DNA from: Cyanophyceae cyanobacterium
GTDB taxonomy: Bacteria; Cyanobacteriota; Cyanobacteriia; Cyanobacteriales; Laspinemataceae
NCBI GenBank assembly: GCA_038321985.1
Contig: JBBQFN010000006.1
Location: forward strand, 96,001 to 160,000
Length of the DNA: 64,000 nucleotides
Direction of reading: 5' to 3'
Shown here: positions 20,943-32,298 of the stretch, in pieces
Layout of the letters: the number at the start of each line of letters is the position of its first letter
Numbering within the stretch: position 1 is the stretch's first letter
The notes under the pieces: generated by a model
Told to the model about the DNA's origin: nothing
Databases searched by the model: none
The model's input: the letters and a program-made list of their open reading frames with translations, nothing else
Translations under genes and position numbers: made by a program

Positions 20943-21164
20943 AAAAGAGGGTAGGATAGTCACCGGGGAGATGCCCGGTTCTTTAGGGTTCTAAAACTTC
21001 TAATTTCTAAAGAGTCAAGAAAGAGTCAGGGGAATTGAATTTATAAATTACCCGGACTCTTTAAAAGGGTGATGCGTAAGTGCGGGGCTAATTAACAGCA
21101 ATCAGAACGGACCGAGCACGAGGGCCAGTTCACATCAGACCCGTCAATCCCTGGGTAGATCGTG

Positions 21165-21170
21165 TAAAAT
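21165..21170 (+). promoter_or_regulatory. Candidate -10 element for the rimP operon
   Basis: TAAAAT at the start of a GC-richer, hairpin-rich tract upstream of rimP. Confidence 0.35.
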
Positions 21171-21762
21171 AGAACGACAAAGGCATTCAACCACTAGATA
21201 GTCGAGAATAGCGGGCCGAATGGCCTCACTAACTGAGAGCGTCAACTTCCCGCAGGGTGCATTAAGTGCAAACTGAGAGGGAGGATGGCGATCGCCCTCA
21301 AGAACCTCCTAGCTCCCTCCCCAAAAACTGGTTTCTCCAAAAGAGTAACCCGGAATCGGGGTGGGGCCTCTAGAAAAGTGGGTGCATTTAGTGCTTACAG
21401 GAGGGAAAACGGTTTAAGCTGGGCAGCGAGAAGCCGTTCAAGCTGGAAGGTCCTCCCCGGGTCGAACTCGACTGAAAAAGTCCCTAGAGCATCTGGATAT
21501 GCAGTGGGGGAAGCCAAATCAGCCGCGATCGCCGATGCTAAACCGACAGAAGATCGGCTCAGGACATAGTTCAGAGCCGACCCACTAAAAGTTGGATCGC
21601 GCCCTTCTTCCCTGGAAAGCCCCCCAAAGGCTTGCGGTGAGAGCGTGCAAGTAGATTTTTACTGTCTAAGCTGTTCAAGCGATCGACCCTAAAAATTCCT
21701 GCTGCTCAAGGGGAAAGAACACCGTTCATCCCCAAACTTCTTTGAAGAGTTATTTTGCTTTG

Positions 21763-21787
21763 AAGTGGGTCAACCCCCACTTTTTTT
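21763..21787 (+). promoter_or_regulatory. rimP-leader hairpin/attenuator
   Basis: AAGTGGG-TCAACC-CCCACTT plus T-tract, 15 nt before the rimP ATG. Confidence 0.75.
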
Positions 21788-21802
21788 GTTCAAATCTGTC
21801 TC

Positions 21803-22267
21803 ATGACTCATCCCCTGATCCCACAAATTATCGAAATCGCTACCCCCGTCGCCGAGTCTCTCGGGTTAGAGGTGGTGGCAGCGGTTTTTCACACCAACCA
21901 GAATCCGCCCGTACTGCGAGTGGACATCCGTAACCTAGACACCGACACCAGTCTGACTGACTGCGAACGCATGAGCAAGGCGTTGGAAAGCACCTTAGAC
22001 GAACGGGAGTTAATCTCGGATACCTACGTTTTAGAAATTTCCAGTCCTGGAATCTCGCGGCAGCTCACCACAGACCGAGAATTTATTTCCTTCAAAGGGT
22101 TTCCCGCAGTCGTGGAGACCCTGGAACCCTATCAGGGGCAGACAGAGTGGAAAGGTAGACTGGTGAAGCGGGACGAGACTGCCGTTTACCTCAATCGCAA
22201 AGGTCGGGTAACGTCAATTCCGAGACCCCTCATCCATAAAGTTCAGCTCGTAGATCGAGAAGAATAA
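21803..22267 (+). CDS. rimP: Ribosome maturation factor RimP
   Basis: [18 protein letters not shown]; upstream of nusA. Confidence 0.95.
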   Translation: MTHPLIPQIIEIATPVAESLGLEVVAAVFHTNQNPPVLRVDIRNLDTDTSLTDCERMSKALESTLDERELISDTYVLEISSPGISRQLTTDREFISFKGFPAVVETLEPYQGQTEWKGRLVKRDETAVYLNRKGRVTSIPRPLIHKVQLVDREE

Positions 22268-22384
22268 ATACGGACGGATTCGCGTCAGCGAAAGCAGGTA
22301 GGTCCCTAGGAGATTGTGAGGAGATTGTTCAGAATCCTCATCCTGTTATTTCTGACTCTAAATAGAACAACGGAGGCAAGTATT

Positions 22385-23626
22385 ATGGCAATGGTCAGCC
22401 TCCCCGGACTCCGGGAGATGATTGACAGTATCTCGGAAGAGCGTAATTTACCCAAACAAGCCGTGCAAGCGGCACTGAGGGAAGCGCTCTTGAAGGGATA
22501 CGAGCGCTACAGGCGCACTATCAGTATGGAAAAAATCCATTTCGACGAGCACTTTTTTGACAACTTTGAAATCGAACTGGATATTGCCGAAGAGGGCTTT
22601 CGGGTCCTCTCTACAAAGACCATTGTGGAATTGGTCAGTAGTGGCGACCACGAGATTTCTCTAAAAGAGGTTCAGGAAGTCGCCGACGAAGCTCAACTGG
22701 GCGATACGGTTGTTTTGGACGTGACCCCAGACCAGCGAGAATTTGGTCGGATGGCTGCGATTCAGACCAAACAGGTGCTTCAGCAAAAGCTCCGGGATCA
22801 GCAGCGCAAGATAGTACAGGAAGAGTTTGAGGACTTAGAAGGTACTGTTTTGCAAGGGCGCGTGCTACGATTCGAGCGGCAATCGGTAGTTCTGGCCGTT
22901 AATAGTGGGTTTGGACAACCGGAAGTGGAAGCCGAACTGCCTAAACGGGAACAGTTACCGAATGATAATTATCGAGCCAACACCACACTCAAGGTTTACT
23001 TGAAAAAAGTGCGGGAAGGTCCGAGCCGAGGCCCACAATTATTGGTTTCTAGGGCCGATGCCGGATTAGTGGTTTATCTGTTTGCCAACGAAGTGCCCGA
23101 AATTGAGGATGAAGTGGTGCGGATTGTCGCCGTAGCGCGGGAAGCTAACCCTCCCTCCCGTCATGTTGGTCCCCGGACTAAAATTGCAGTGGATACCCTA
23201 GAACGGGATGTGGATCCCGTAGGAGCCTGTATTGGAGCGCGGGGATCGCGGATCCAAGTGGTGGTGAACGAATTACGAGGAGAAAAAATCGACGTAATCC
23301 GATGGTCACCGGATCCAGCTACCTATATCGCTAATGCTCTTAGCCCCGCTAAAGTGGATGAAGTGCGGTTAGTGAATCCCGAGGCAAGACAGGCGCACGT
23401 TCTGGTTCCCGAGGATCAATTGAGTTTGGCGATCGGTAAAGAAGGCCAGAACGTCCGACTGGCAGCACGATTGACCGGGTGGAAAATTGATATCAAGGAT
23501 AGTGCTAAGTACGACTACGATTCCGCTATGGTTCGTTCTTCCTTCGAGGAAGAGGAAGACATGGAGGAGCCAGTAGACGAGCTAGAGGAACCTTCAACCG
23601 CCAGTTCTGTTAAAAGAACGGCTTAA
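22385..23626 (+). CDS. nusA: Transcription factor NusA
   Basis: FGRMAAIQTKQ, VGACIGARG, LAIGKEGQNVRLAARLTGWKIDI. Confidence 0.97.
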   Translation: MAMVSLPGLREMIDSISEERNLPKQAVQAALREALLKGYERYRRTISMEKIHFDEHFFDNFEIELDIAEEGFRVLSTKTIVELVSSGDHEISLKEVQEVADEAQLGDTVVLDVTPDQREFGRMAAIQTKQVLQQKLRDQQRKIVQEEFEDLEGTVLQGRVLRFERQSVVLAVNSGFGQPEVEAELPKREQLPNDNYRANTTLKVYLKKVREGPSRGPQLLVSRADAGLVVYLFANEVPEIEDEVVRIVAVAREANPPSRHVGPRTKIAVDTLERDVDPVGACIGARGSRIQVVVNELRGEKIDVIRWSPDPATYIANALSPAKVDEVRLVNPEARQAHVLVPEDQLSLAIGKEGQNVRLAARLTGWKIDIKDSAKYDYDSAMVRSSFEEEEDMEEPVDELEEPSTASSVKRTA

Positions 23627-23982
23627 ATCCAGAATCTGGTGCTCGTAGGTCTGCAAAAACTGATACCGACCCCGGTGCGGCTTTCCTGTTCAAAGCTCCC
23701 GATCCAGGCTATCCTGTAGACCAGACTTTTTAAACCGGATTTAGGATAAGAGGCGGTTGCCTTGGCGGAGCATACCGGCTCACCCCTGAGCAAGTCCGCA
23801 CTGGGAGAAGTCGAAGGGATAACTAGAAACCGGCTAGGGTGTCTGTGCCAGGGTTCAACTCCTACCTAAGAAAGCGTTGAGTCCAGCCATGGCTACAGAC
23901 GCGACGGGGCGAAAGACCCCGATCTCATCTGAGCCGAGCTGATTCAAGCCGCTCAAAGGATAACCAGACCCCCTGTCATGGC

Positions 23983-24270
23983 ATGAAACCAAACTACCGA
24001 CGTTGTATTAGTTGCCGTAAAGTTGCACCCAAAGAAGCCTTCTGGCGTATCGTCAAACTCTACCCATCTGATCGGGTACAATTAGATACAGGGATGGGGC
24101 GTTCGGCTTACCTTTGTCCAGAAGCGTCTTGCCTGAAAACGGCACAAAAGAAAAATAGACTGGGGCGATCGCTTAAATCTGCTGTCCCCCCGGAACTGTA
24201 CCCTATCCTATGGCAGCGGTTAGCGCTTATCTCTCAATCCGATAACCCGCCAGCAACATCAACCCAATAG
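23983..24270 (+). CDS. ylxR: YlxR/RnpM family RNA-binding protein (DUF448)
   Basis: RRCISCR...GRSAYLC; located between nusA and infB. Confidence 0.9.
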   Translation: MKPNYRRCISCRKVAPKEAFWRIVKLYPSDRVQLDTGMGRSAYLCPEASCLKTAQKKNRLGRSLKSAVPPELYPILWQRLALISQSDNPPATSTQ

Positions 24271-24671
24271 CAACCCCAACTAGATTCCCAATACCGGAGT
24301 TATCCCTCTTCTTTGAACCCCAAACAACAACCCCACCATATAGACCTTAACATCCACAGTTCTATAGAAATTCGTGCAAGACTAGAACAGACGTGGCTTC
24401 GCCTTAACCGGCCAAGCACAGCGGCTGATGTGGGAGACGAGCGTGCGGATCTCTCAATATGCGGTTGTCCGTTGGTATCCCAGCCGGTCAACAACGCCCA
24501 AAAAGCCGATGCCATCAAACGGGTTCTGTCGGTCTCCCGGCGGTGATCGCAATAAAAGACCGGTTCGACCCTCTTCGATTCTAGAATTCAGCTTGGGAAA
24601 AACCTGAAAAACCAGTGTCAACAACCCAAGCATCCACAATCGAAGGGTGGTATCCGCCGTTCGGAGGTTTT

Positions 24672-27600
24672 ATGAACAACGGAAAAGTGAGAATATACGA
24701 GTTATCCCGAGAATTGAATTTGGAAAACAAAGACATTTTGGCTGTTTGCGAACAACTGAACATACCAGTTAAAAGCCACAGTAGTACGATCTCAGAAGAT
24801 GAGGCCCATCGCATAGAAAAATTCGTCCTGAGCCATCCAGAAAAAGCATCTGGAGCCGCCAAAACGAAAGAAAAACAAACGGCCTCAGAACTGGGAAACC
24901 CCTCAACCGCCAAGAAAAAACAGGAAATTTTGGAAATCCGAAAACAACCAACCCGCAATAATAACAATCAGCTTGGGACACAAGCCCTATTAGAAGACAG
25001 TGGCCCCCCAAGTGCAACTAGCTCATCCCAGCCGAATCAAAACAATCAGATGATGTTGAATCGACCTGTGCGTGGCAACGACAGCGATCCCAGTCTACCG
25101 GACTCCCAAAACCTAGAAGAGGACTTCACCGAGGACGAGGCTAATACCCCTCCCCTCGTAGAAGATCCCCGCCCCGATCTGGCCTCGGAACCCGAATGGG
25201 ACGACCCAGACCCCAGTAAGATGCTCTCTGAAGAAGACTCCCAAGAGCTTCAATCTCCCCCCGTCAGACCGGTGCGCTCCTCTGGCAAAAAAAACGAAGC
25301 CGCTAAATTGGACCGGCCCGTACTCAAACCCCTGTCTAAAAAAGACGAGACTGCCTCCCCAGTGGCAGCGAAAACGTCTAGCCCCAGTAGTCCAGAAGTT
25401 TCTCGCGGCCCCAAGCCTGCGGCTCCGACGCGCTCAGCTCCCTCGGCTCCCTCAGCGCCCAGCCAGTCGGTCAATAAGGATGGCGATTCTCGTCGCGAAA
25501 GTCCCCAGGCCGGGGCTGCACCGAAGCCTAAACCCCCGACGGAACTGGTCCGTCCCCGTCGTTCTGGGGAAAGTGATACTGCTGTTGTCAAAGGCAAGGA
25601 TTTAAGAGACCGCTCGTCCTCCGATGAGGACGTCTCCAACACAGAGACGGAATCCTTTGGTGAGGACGACTCCGAAACGCCTCGTCCTCAGCTAAAAACT
25701 CCCCCTCGTCCTCCCAAGCGGTTGAAAAAACGCAAGGACGAAGAAGAGGATATGCAAGACTTCCCCGAAAAAGCGGGTAAGGGAGTCACTAAGTCCAAGC
25801 GCCGAATCAAGCCTCTGGCGGATGAAGATGATGATGATTTTGAAAGCGATTTAAACGCTGACGAGTCCTCAGATACGGCTCTGAGCTTGTCGATCGCCCG
25901 TCCACCTAAACCCAAAACTGCCCCGGCTCCCCGGAGTAGCACTATCATCACGGCGCGTCAAACTAAAAAACCGAATACTTCTCGGGATTCATCGGGTAGT
26001 AGTAGCAGCAGTAAATCTCGGGGGCGTCGTCAAGAGAAAGTAGAGAAAAAAGAACGTCCTGAGCATATCGTGATCACTCAGGCGATGACCGTGCGAGAAC
26101 TGGCGAATGCTTTGGCAGTTCCGGAAACCGATATCGTCAAAACCCTCTTCTTCAAAGGGATTGCGGTTAACATTACTCAAACTCTTGATATTCCCTCGGC
26201 CAAGATGGTGGCGGAAGAACTTGAGGTCACGGTTGAGATTGCTGTCGCTGAATCGGAAGCGAAAAAAGTCAGCGAAATGATCGATATCAGCGACCTGGAA
26301 AGCCTTCAAATTCGTCCTCCAGTCGTGACGATTATGGGCCACGTGGACCACGGGAAAACAACGCTTCTCGACTCCATCCGCAAAACGAAGGTCGCTCAAG
26401 GAGAAGCCGGTGGCATTACCCAACATATCGGGGCCTATCATGTCGATGTGGAACATAAGGGCAAAATGCACCAGGTGGTCTTCCTGGATACTCCAGGTCA
26501 CGAAGCCTTTACCGCAATGCGAGCACGCGGAACCCGCGTGACGGATATTGCAGTTCTAGTGGTGGCCGCAGATGATGGCGTTCAACCCCAAACCATTGAA
26601 GCGATCAGCCATGCGAAAGCGGCTGAAGTGCCGATCGTGGTCGCTATCAATAAAATCGATAAGCCGGATTCAGATTTAAACCGCGTTAAGCAGGAATTGA
26701 TGAATTACGGTCTGGTTCCCGAAGAATTCGGCGGCGATACTATTATGGTTCCCGTGAGTGCAATTCAGGGGCAGAACTTAGAGACCCTGCTAGAGATGAT
26801 TATCTTGGTAGCAGAAATCGAAGAAATCTCGGCTAACCCCAATCGCGCTGCGAAAGGAACCGTGATTGAGGCCCATTTAGATAAGGCTCGCGGTCCAGTG
26901 GCAACCCTGCTGGTGCAAAATGGTACCCTCCGGATTGGGGATATTTTTGTCGCTGGCTCCACAATGGGTAAAGTCCGGGCAATGGTTGGCGATCGCGGCG
27001 ATCGCGTGGAAGTCGCAACCCCTTCGTTTGCGGTGGAAGTCTTGGGTTTAAACGAGGTTCCCTCAGCTGGGGATGAGTTCGATGTCTTCTTGAATGAAAA
27101 AGACGCTCGGGCTGTTGCCGATGATCGCGCTGATGCCAATCGCGAAACTCGTCTCAATCAGGCACTCAACTCTCGTCGGGTGACCCTCAATAGCCTCAGC
27201 GCTCGCGCTCAGGAAGGTCAGCTCAAAGAACTCAACCTGATTTTGAAAGCTGACGTTCAAGGTTCGGTCGAAGCGATCCTGGGCTCGTTAAAACAACTGC
27301 CTCAAAATGAGGTGCAAGTTCGCGTCCTCTTGGCTGCTCCTGGAGAAGTCTCGGAAACAGACGTTGACCTGGCTGCTGCTTCTGATGCGGTCATTGTTGG
27401 GTTTAATACCACCTTCGCCAGTGGAGCCCGTCAGGCAGCGGACCGCGCTGGAGTCGATGTTCGCGAATACAACATCATCTATAACCTGCTAGATGATATC
27501 CAAGCGGCAATGGAAGGTCTACTGGATCCTGAATTGATTGAGGAACCCCTGGGTCAAGCGGAAGTCCGTGTTGTCTTCCAAATTGGTCGCGGTGCAGTTG

Positions 27601-27842
27601 CAGGCTGTTATGTCCTGTCCGGTAAAATGATCCGCAACTGTAAAGTCCGGGTCCATCGCAAGAGCGACGTCATCTACGAAGGTGCGCTCGACTCCCTCAA
27701 ACGGGTTAAGGATGATGCCAAGGAAGTCAACAGTGGCTTTGAATGCGGTATCGGCATTGATAAATTTAGTACCTGGATCGAAGGCGACACCATCGAAGCT
27801 TATCGTATGGTCACCAAGCGCCGCACTCTTTCCCCAGCTTAA
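24672..27842 (+). CDS. infB: Translation initiation factor IF-2
   Basis: GGAGG RBS then [28 protein letters not shown]. Confidence 0.98.
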   Translation: MNNGKVRIYELSRELNLENKDILAVCEQLNIPVKSHSSTISEDEAHRIEKFVLSHPEKASGAAKTKEKQTASELGNPSTAKKKQEILEIRKQPTRNNNNQLGTQALLEDSGPPSATSSSQPNQNNQMMLNRPVRGNDSDPSLPDSQNLEEDFTEDEANTPPLVEDPRPDLASEPEWDDPDPSKMLSEEDSQELQSPPVRPVRSSGKKNEAAKLDRPVLKPLSKKDETASPVAAKTSSPSSPEVSRGPKPAAPTRSAPSAPSAPSQSVNKDGDSRRESPQAGAAPKPKPPTELVRPRRSGESDTAVVKGKDLRDRSSSDEDVSNTETESFGEDDSETPRPQLKTPPRPPKRLKKRKDEEEDMQDFPEKAGKGVTKSKRRIKPLADEDDDDFESDLNADESSDTALSLSIARPPKPKTAPAPRSSTIITARQTKKPNTSRDSSGSSSSSKSRGRRQEKVEKKERPEHIVITQAMTVRELANALAVPETDIVKTLFFKGIAVNITQTLDIPSAKMVAEELEVTVEIAVAESEAKKVSEMIDISDLESLQIRPPVVTIMGHVDHGKTTLLDSIRKTKVAQGEAGGITQHIGAYHVDVEHKGKMHQVVFLDTPGHEAFTAMRARGTRVTDIAVLVVAADDGVQPQTIEAISHAKAAEVPIVVAINKIDKPDSDLNRVKQELMNYGLVPEEFGGDTIMVPVSAIQGQNLETLLEMIILVAEIEEISANPNRAAKGTVIEAHLDKARGPVATLLVQNGTLRIGDIFVAGSTMGKVRAMVGDRGDRVEVATPSFAVEVLGLNEVPSAGDEFDVFLNEKDARAVADDRADANRETRLNQALNSRRVTLNSLSARAQEGQLKELNLILKADVQGSVEAILGSLKQLPQNEVQVRVLLAAPGEVSETDVDLAAASDAVIVGFNTTFASGARQAADRAGVDVREYNIIYNLLDDIQAAMEGLLDPELIEEPLGQAEVRVVFQIGRGAVAGCYVLSGKMIRNCKVRVHRKSDVIYEGALDSLKRVKDDAKEVNSGFECGIGIDKFSTWIEGDTIEAYRMVTKRRTLSPA

Positions 27843-27892
27843 CGGTGGGCGTAAAGTGTCCAAGCTCAAGGGTGGAGTGTAAAGGAGATTGC

Positions 27893-27920
27893 AACCGTTA
27901 ACGATTTAAAGTTAACGGTT
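27893..27920. terminator. Hairpin after infB
   Basis: AACCGTTAAC-N8-GTTAACGGTT. Confidence 0.55.
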
Positions 27921-27950
27921 AGCCGGTCATTTGTCGTTAGCCATTTGTCC

Positions 27951-28008
27951 TCCTTTCATCTTCACCCTTCGTCCTTCATCTCTTCTCCTTCACCCTTCAT
28001 CCCTCATC
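27951..28008. repeat. Degenerate heptamer tandem repeat (STRR-like, CCTTCAT/CTTCACC)
   Basis: tttcatc ttcaccc ttcgtcc ttcatc...cttcacc cttcatc cctcatc. Confidence 0.6.
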
Positions 28009-28015
28009 GTTGTTC

Positions 28016-28753
28016 ATGGTCTCTTTTCGATCCGATCCCTATTTCTGGATTCATCTATCTGGTGTGGCGGCTGTCCCCCTGTTTCTGGAACTGACTTGGG
28101 TCGGTCTGTCCGTGGGTGACCCGCTCTTTTCGGGTGGTTTGGAACTGCTGTTGGTTGCGGCGATCGCCACTGTTCCCGTGTTGTGGATGCAGTTGACGCG
28201 CCCTTTCTATATTTTCAGTCTGCTGTTTGTGGCGATCGCCCCACAGTATCTCACGGAAGAACAACGACGGATCCTCGGCTTATTCCTGAGAACGCGGAAC
28301 CGTTGGGTTTCTCTGTTAGTTCCAGTGGGATTACTAGCCCTTCTCTGGAATCTTTATCTCTGGTCACCCGTCGCTTCCGGGATCGCCGCTTACTTCCCGC
28401 AATTTCACTTTTTAGGACTGGCGATCTCAACGGTGGGCTTTTTCGGTGCTAATCTCTTTTTACAGGTTCCCGTCAGCGTCCTGACGGCGATACTTACCCC
28501 AGAATCCATCTTCGCGGCAACACCCCCCGTTCCTGTTGACCAACTTCCCCGAACCTTTACGATCCCCGGTTGGAAAGTCCAGAAAATTTTACCCCTACAA
28601 CAAATTGGGGTCGAACTAACTCCCTCTCAACCGATTTCGGACCCCGTGCCACCCCCAGTCCTCTCGGTAGAAATAACTCCCCCTCAACCCATTTCAGAGG
28701 TAGTTACACCTTCCGTGGAATCTACTCTTACCCCAGAAAATCCCGAACTTTAA
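28016..28753 (+). CDS. Low-complexity-tail membrane protein
   Basis: SFRSDPYFWIHL...PVLWMQLTRPFYIFS...NLFLQVPVS; Pro-rich tail. Confidence 0.8.
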   Translation: MVSFRSDPYFWIHLSGVAAVPLFLELTWVGLSVGDPLFSGGLELLLVAAIATVPVLWMQLTRPFYIFSLLFVAIAPQYLTEEQRRILGLFLRTRNRWVSLLVPVGLLALLWNLYLWSPVASGIAAYFPQFHFLGLAISTVGFFGANLFLQVPVSVLTAILTPESIFAATPPVPVDQLPRTFTIPGWKVQKILPLQQIGVELTPSQPISDPVPPPVLSVEITPPQPISEVVTPSVESTLTPENPEL

Positions 28754-28920
28754 CTTAGAAGGTTTCCTCGTTCCCAGATTAAGAAATCAAAGACTGGGAT
28801 TTTGGCATTCTCGGTTGAGATCCAGGGTTTAAATTAATCAGATAACAATTCCAATTATTGTGATAATTCTTTAACGGAGTGCGAGCATCTTGCTCCCACT
28901 TCTTTATATCCCTAAAAAAA

Positions 28921-28950
28921 TGTAGAGACGCACAATTTCGCGTCTCTACA
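28921..28950. repeat. REP-like GTAG palindrome
   Basis: TGTAGAGACGC-N8-GCGTCTCTACA; second family copy at 35630-35657. Confidence 0.75.
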
Positions 28951-29014
28951 AAGTGTTAAATGTTTAAAATTAGAAAAGGGTTCTTTAAGCGAAATTTCAT
29001 TTTACCCCTTCTAT

Positions 29015-29560
29015 TTAAAACGGTAACTTTTCCAGAAAACTAAGCTTATTGTAGACGCGCCTTAAACTAGCCACATCTACTTCTACAGTTTGTGCTGGGT
29101 AATTTTCAATTAATTCTACAACCGTAATTTCTCCATCTTCCGCTGCGGAGAGAACCAAAGAAGCACGCAGAGCCTGACCGCTTAACTCACCCGAAGGCGT
29201 CTGAATCATGTTCCCCATTTCATCCAACAGACGTTTACCCAGGCCATTATTCAGAGCCTGATCCAAAAATCGCGGACTCACAGAAATTGACCGGGTTAAA
29301 TGATTGCGAACCTCATCAGGATTTTGCCTAGATAAACCCATATACGATCGCAAAGCGAAGGACATATCTCCACTGTCAGCAAATCTAGAGAGGTCATTTA
29401 CAGCTACAGGTGCTCGGATCGGTCCATACTTGAGAATAATTTGTTCCGCAGCAATCGCGTTGTTTGGGGACAGCATGGCTTCCCCCACTGCCAATAAAGC
29501 TATTCCTAAAGTTCCAGACTGGATAAGCCGGCGTAAAACAGACAAGATGGATCGGCGCAT
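29015..29560 (-). CDS. DUF1400 (alpha/beta hydrolase-associated) protein
   Basis: Signal peptide then AAEQIILKYG...L..FA..G...ALRASLV.SA...IENYP. Confidence 0.8.
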   Translation of the reverse strand: MRRSILSVLRRLIQSGTLGIALLAVGEAMLSPNNAIAAEQIILKYGPIRAPVAVNDLSRFADSGDMSFALRSYMGLSRQNPDEVRNHLTRSISVSPRFLDQALNNGLGKRLLDEMGNMIQTPSGELSGQALRASLVLSAAEDGEITVVELIENYPAQTVEVDVASLRRVYNKLSFLEKLPF

Positions 29561-30061
29561 TTTTACCTTTTAAATACATGAATTTACAAACTAGGGACGA
29601 GGAATCGATAGAAGAGGTTTCTGGCTGGGGAAAGGGCCTCGTCCTTAAGTTTTAATCCCCTAAAAATTCCTGGCCTTGCCTCAAAAAGGAAGTAAAGTTT
29701 CCCGCACAGGAGGAAGAATTGACGGTTTTATGGACAACTGCTGGATTTCCCTTTAGAGATAGTTTAAAACCCCAAACTGGACTATTTTTTAAATCGATAT
29801 CCGATCGCGCCACAGAAAAACTATTCAGCAGTCTCCTAGATTAGCATTTTACGATGACGAGAGAGGGAGAAGTCCAGGGATTCCCCGGGCGATCGCACCT
29901 CTATAATTCCCCCATTCAAAAATCACCCTATCCATCCCGTTTAACCCCAGGTGCGAGGTCTAAGGATTTAATTTAATCCCCACTACGTTAACCCAACCCC
30001 CTCTGAGGTTAACCTAAATCTAACAACTTTGATGTTTTACCACCCTAGGACCCATGAAAAA

Positions 30062-31720
30062 ATGATCAAGCGAATTTCTTCTCTCAAATTACAACCCGCC
30101 AGTTGGGGTAGGCAGATCCTGACTCTTCGATCCAGCCTTTCCCTGCTCACTGCTCTGCTTTTGAGTGCAGGAACAGTTTCTGTTCCAAAATCCTGGGCCA
30201 ATTCAGCCCCGGGGATGCCAGGGTCCTCAAGAGTGCAGACTGCACAAACTCCGGCGAACGCTAGAGTGGTTTATGTTAATCCCGTGTTAGGAAGCGATCG
30301 CCCCGATGCAGGGACCACGGAAGGGGCCGCCTATCAGAGCATTTCTTACGCCCTCTCCCAAGCAACTGCGGGCACAGTAATTCAATTGGCACCCGGGAGT
30401 TACACCAAAGACACCGAAACTTTTCCCCTCACCCTCAAACCCGGGATTACTCTGCGCGGGGATGAAGCCAAAAAAGGCCAAAACGTGCGGATTATTGGCG
30501 GTGGCAGCTTTAGCAGTCCCACCTTTGCAGTTCAAAATGTGGCGATGGTAACCGCCAGGGATAGCATGATCGCCGGGGTCGGTGTAACTAACCCCAACAC
30601 TCGCGGCACCGGCATCTGGATCGAATCGGGGGCGGCGACTATCCGCGATAGTACCTTCACCAGTAATCTGCGCGAGGGCATTTTCGTGACGGGAAATTCC
30701 ACGCCCCTGATTGAAAATAACGTCTTTACCGAAAACGATGGGAATGGGATTTCTATTGCCCGTTCTGCTCAAGGGGAAATTCGGGGAAATATCTTTCAGA
30801 ATACGGGTTTTGGCTTGGCGATCGGGGATTCCTCGGCCCCGATGGTGGTGGATAACCGGATTCTGCAAAATATTGATGGGGTGGTAGTGTCCAATTCGGC
30901 AAAACCCATATTTCGTAATAACGTGATTGAGAATAATCAACGGGATGGAATTGTGGTGATCGGGGATGCGTTGCCGGATTTAGGGACAGCCGAATCTGAG
31001 GGCAAAAATTACATCCGCAGTAATACCCGCTACGATCTTTATAATGCTACCCGCAACAATACGATTCTGGCCGTGGGTAATGATATTGATGGCAGCCGTA
31101 TTTCTGGGGCGGTGGAGTTTGTGGCAACAACGGTAGCGGCGGGATTTCGGGATATTTCCGGTCACTGGGCGCAGCCTTATATTGAAGCGTTGGCAGCGAA
31201 AGGGGTGATTGCCGGATTTAACGATGGCACGTTTCGCCCCAATGATCCCGTTACCCGCGCGCAATTTGCGGCGATCGTCAATAAAGCCTTTACGGCGACG
31301 TCTACTCAGGCTTGTTCGGCATTTACAGACGTCCGAAGTAATTTTTGGGGCTTTGAAGCGATTCAAACCGCCTGCCGGGGTGGGTTTTTAACGGGATATC
31401 CCGGGAATCAGTTCCGCCCGGAAGAGCGAATTCCCCGGGTTCAGGTACTTGTGGCCCTAGCCAGTGGGTTGGGGTTGCGTTCTGAGAATAGGGGAGCGTT
31501 ATCGGTATATTCGGATATGAATCGCATTCCGGATTGGGCGCAAACCGCAGTTGCTGGGGCCACGGAGCGTCGTTTGGTGGTCAATTACCCGATTCGCGAT
31601 CGCCTCAATCCCACCCAAGAGGCAACCCGCGCCGATGTTGCCGCTTTCGTTTACCAAGCCCTCGTGAATGCGGGTCAAGCCGAAGCGATCGAGTCTCCCT
31701 ATCTGGTTATGACGCCCTAG
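30062..31720 (+). CDS. DUF1565 beta-helix protein with C-terminal SLH domains
   Basis: YVNPVLGSD, right-handed beta-helix repeats, FRDISGHWA/GFNDGTFRPNDPVTRAQFA SLH motifs. Confidence 0.88.
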   Translation: MIKRISSLKLQPASWGRQILTLRSSLSLLTALLLSAGTVSVPKSWANSAPGMPGSSRVQTAQTPANARVVYVNPVLGSDRPDAGTTEGAAYQSISYALSQATAGTVIQLAPGSYTKDTETFPLTLKPGITLRGDEAKKGQNVRIIGGGSFSSPTFAVQNVAMVTARDSMIAGVGVTNPNTRGTGIWIESGAATIRDSTFTSNLREGIFVTGNSTPLIENNVFTENDGNGISIARSAQGEIRGNIFQNTGFGLAIGDSSAPMVVDNRILQNIDGVVVSNSAKPIFRNNVIENNQRDGIVVIGDALPDLGTAESEGKNYIRSNTRYDLYNATRNNTILAVGNDIDGSRISGAVEFVATTVAAGFRDISGHWAQPYIEALAAKGVIAGFNDGTFRPNDPVTRAQFAAIVNKAFTATSTQACSAFTDVRSNFWGFEAIQTACRGGFLTGYPGNQFRPEERIPRVQVLVALASGLGLRSENRGALSVYSDMNRIPDWAQTAVAGATERRLVVNYPIRDRLNPTQEATRADVAAFVYQALVNAGQAEAIESPYLVMTP

Positions 31721-31850
31721 GTGGGTACAATACCAAAATTAAAATCTCATGATTGCTCCCAGGAGTAGGAAAGTGGGTCAGATCAACCCTTTATGGCTTT
31801 AGGCTATTAATTCTGGGTCTGATGCACCCTTACTCTTGGGGACTTTAAAC

Positions 31851-31899
31851 ATAAAGAAAGCGCCGTTTCTAAGATTGCAGAAGCGGGCGCTTTCTTTAT
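31851..31899. terminator. Bidirectional-type terminator hairpin
   Basis: ATAAAGAAAGCGCC...GGCGCTTTCTTTAT between convergent genes. Confidence 0.65.
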
Positions 31900-32298
31900 A
31901 TTTGAGGTGTTATGTTTAGGGTCTTTATATTGGCTGACCCCATTTGAATTTTATTGAGTTGATTATGACTGGAATTTTAGCTGAGCTTGGATTTCATTAT
32001 TATTTCTTTAGATTTGTATCTACGGGACTGTTCCGAATTTATAAAAAACTGGTAATTATAAGATCCATTGCCCTTTAGAGATAGTCCTATTGAGATTGTT
32101 TTACCTCACCGGCCACTACCTGAAAAATTAGATCTTCTTATAGGGGGATCAGAAATATCAAAGATAAAACCCCCAGGGAACACCAATAGGGATAAGCGAG
32201 AAAAAGATTTTTGCAGAATAAATGGTCTCCACTCCGGAGTGATAAAAGCGCGATCGCAGTCCCGACCGGAGCGGAATAATCGAGGGTTCTAGGCGGCC

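Noticed and set aside
21250..21320. TPP riboswitch-like start GGGTGC...CTGAGAG
   Set aside because: The downstream ACCTGA...TAAT..CGTAGG half is absent and no thiamine gene follows
21285..21569. 94-aa ORF in the rimP leader (and similar ORFs at 24300-24639)
   Set aside because: No recognisable motifs; more simply explained as open frames in leader/spacer sequence, though not excluded
21721..21760. CGTTCATC resembling the glutamine (glnA) riboswitch 5' end
   Set aside because: No GGAAGT or GAAGGAACG partner motifs
23820..23870. GGTTCAACTCC suggesting a tRNA
   Set aside because: T-stem is incomplete and no acceptor, D or anticodon arms could be built
25250..27869. Long antisense ORFs over infB (likewise over 30287-31366, 33579-34454 and 43500-44117)
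   Set aside because: Shadows of well-supported opposite-strand genes
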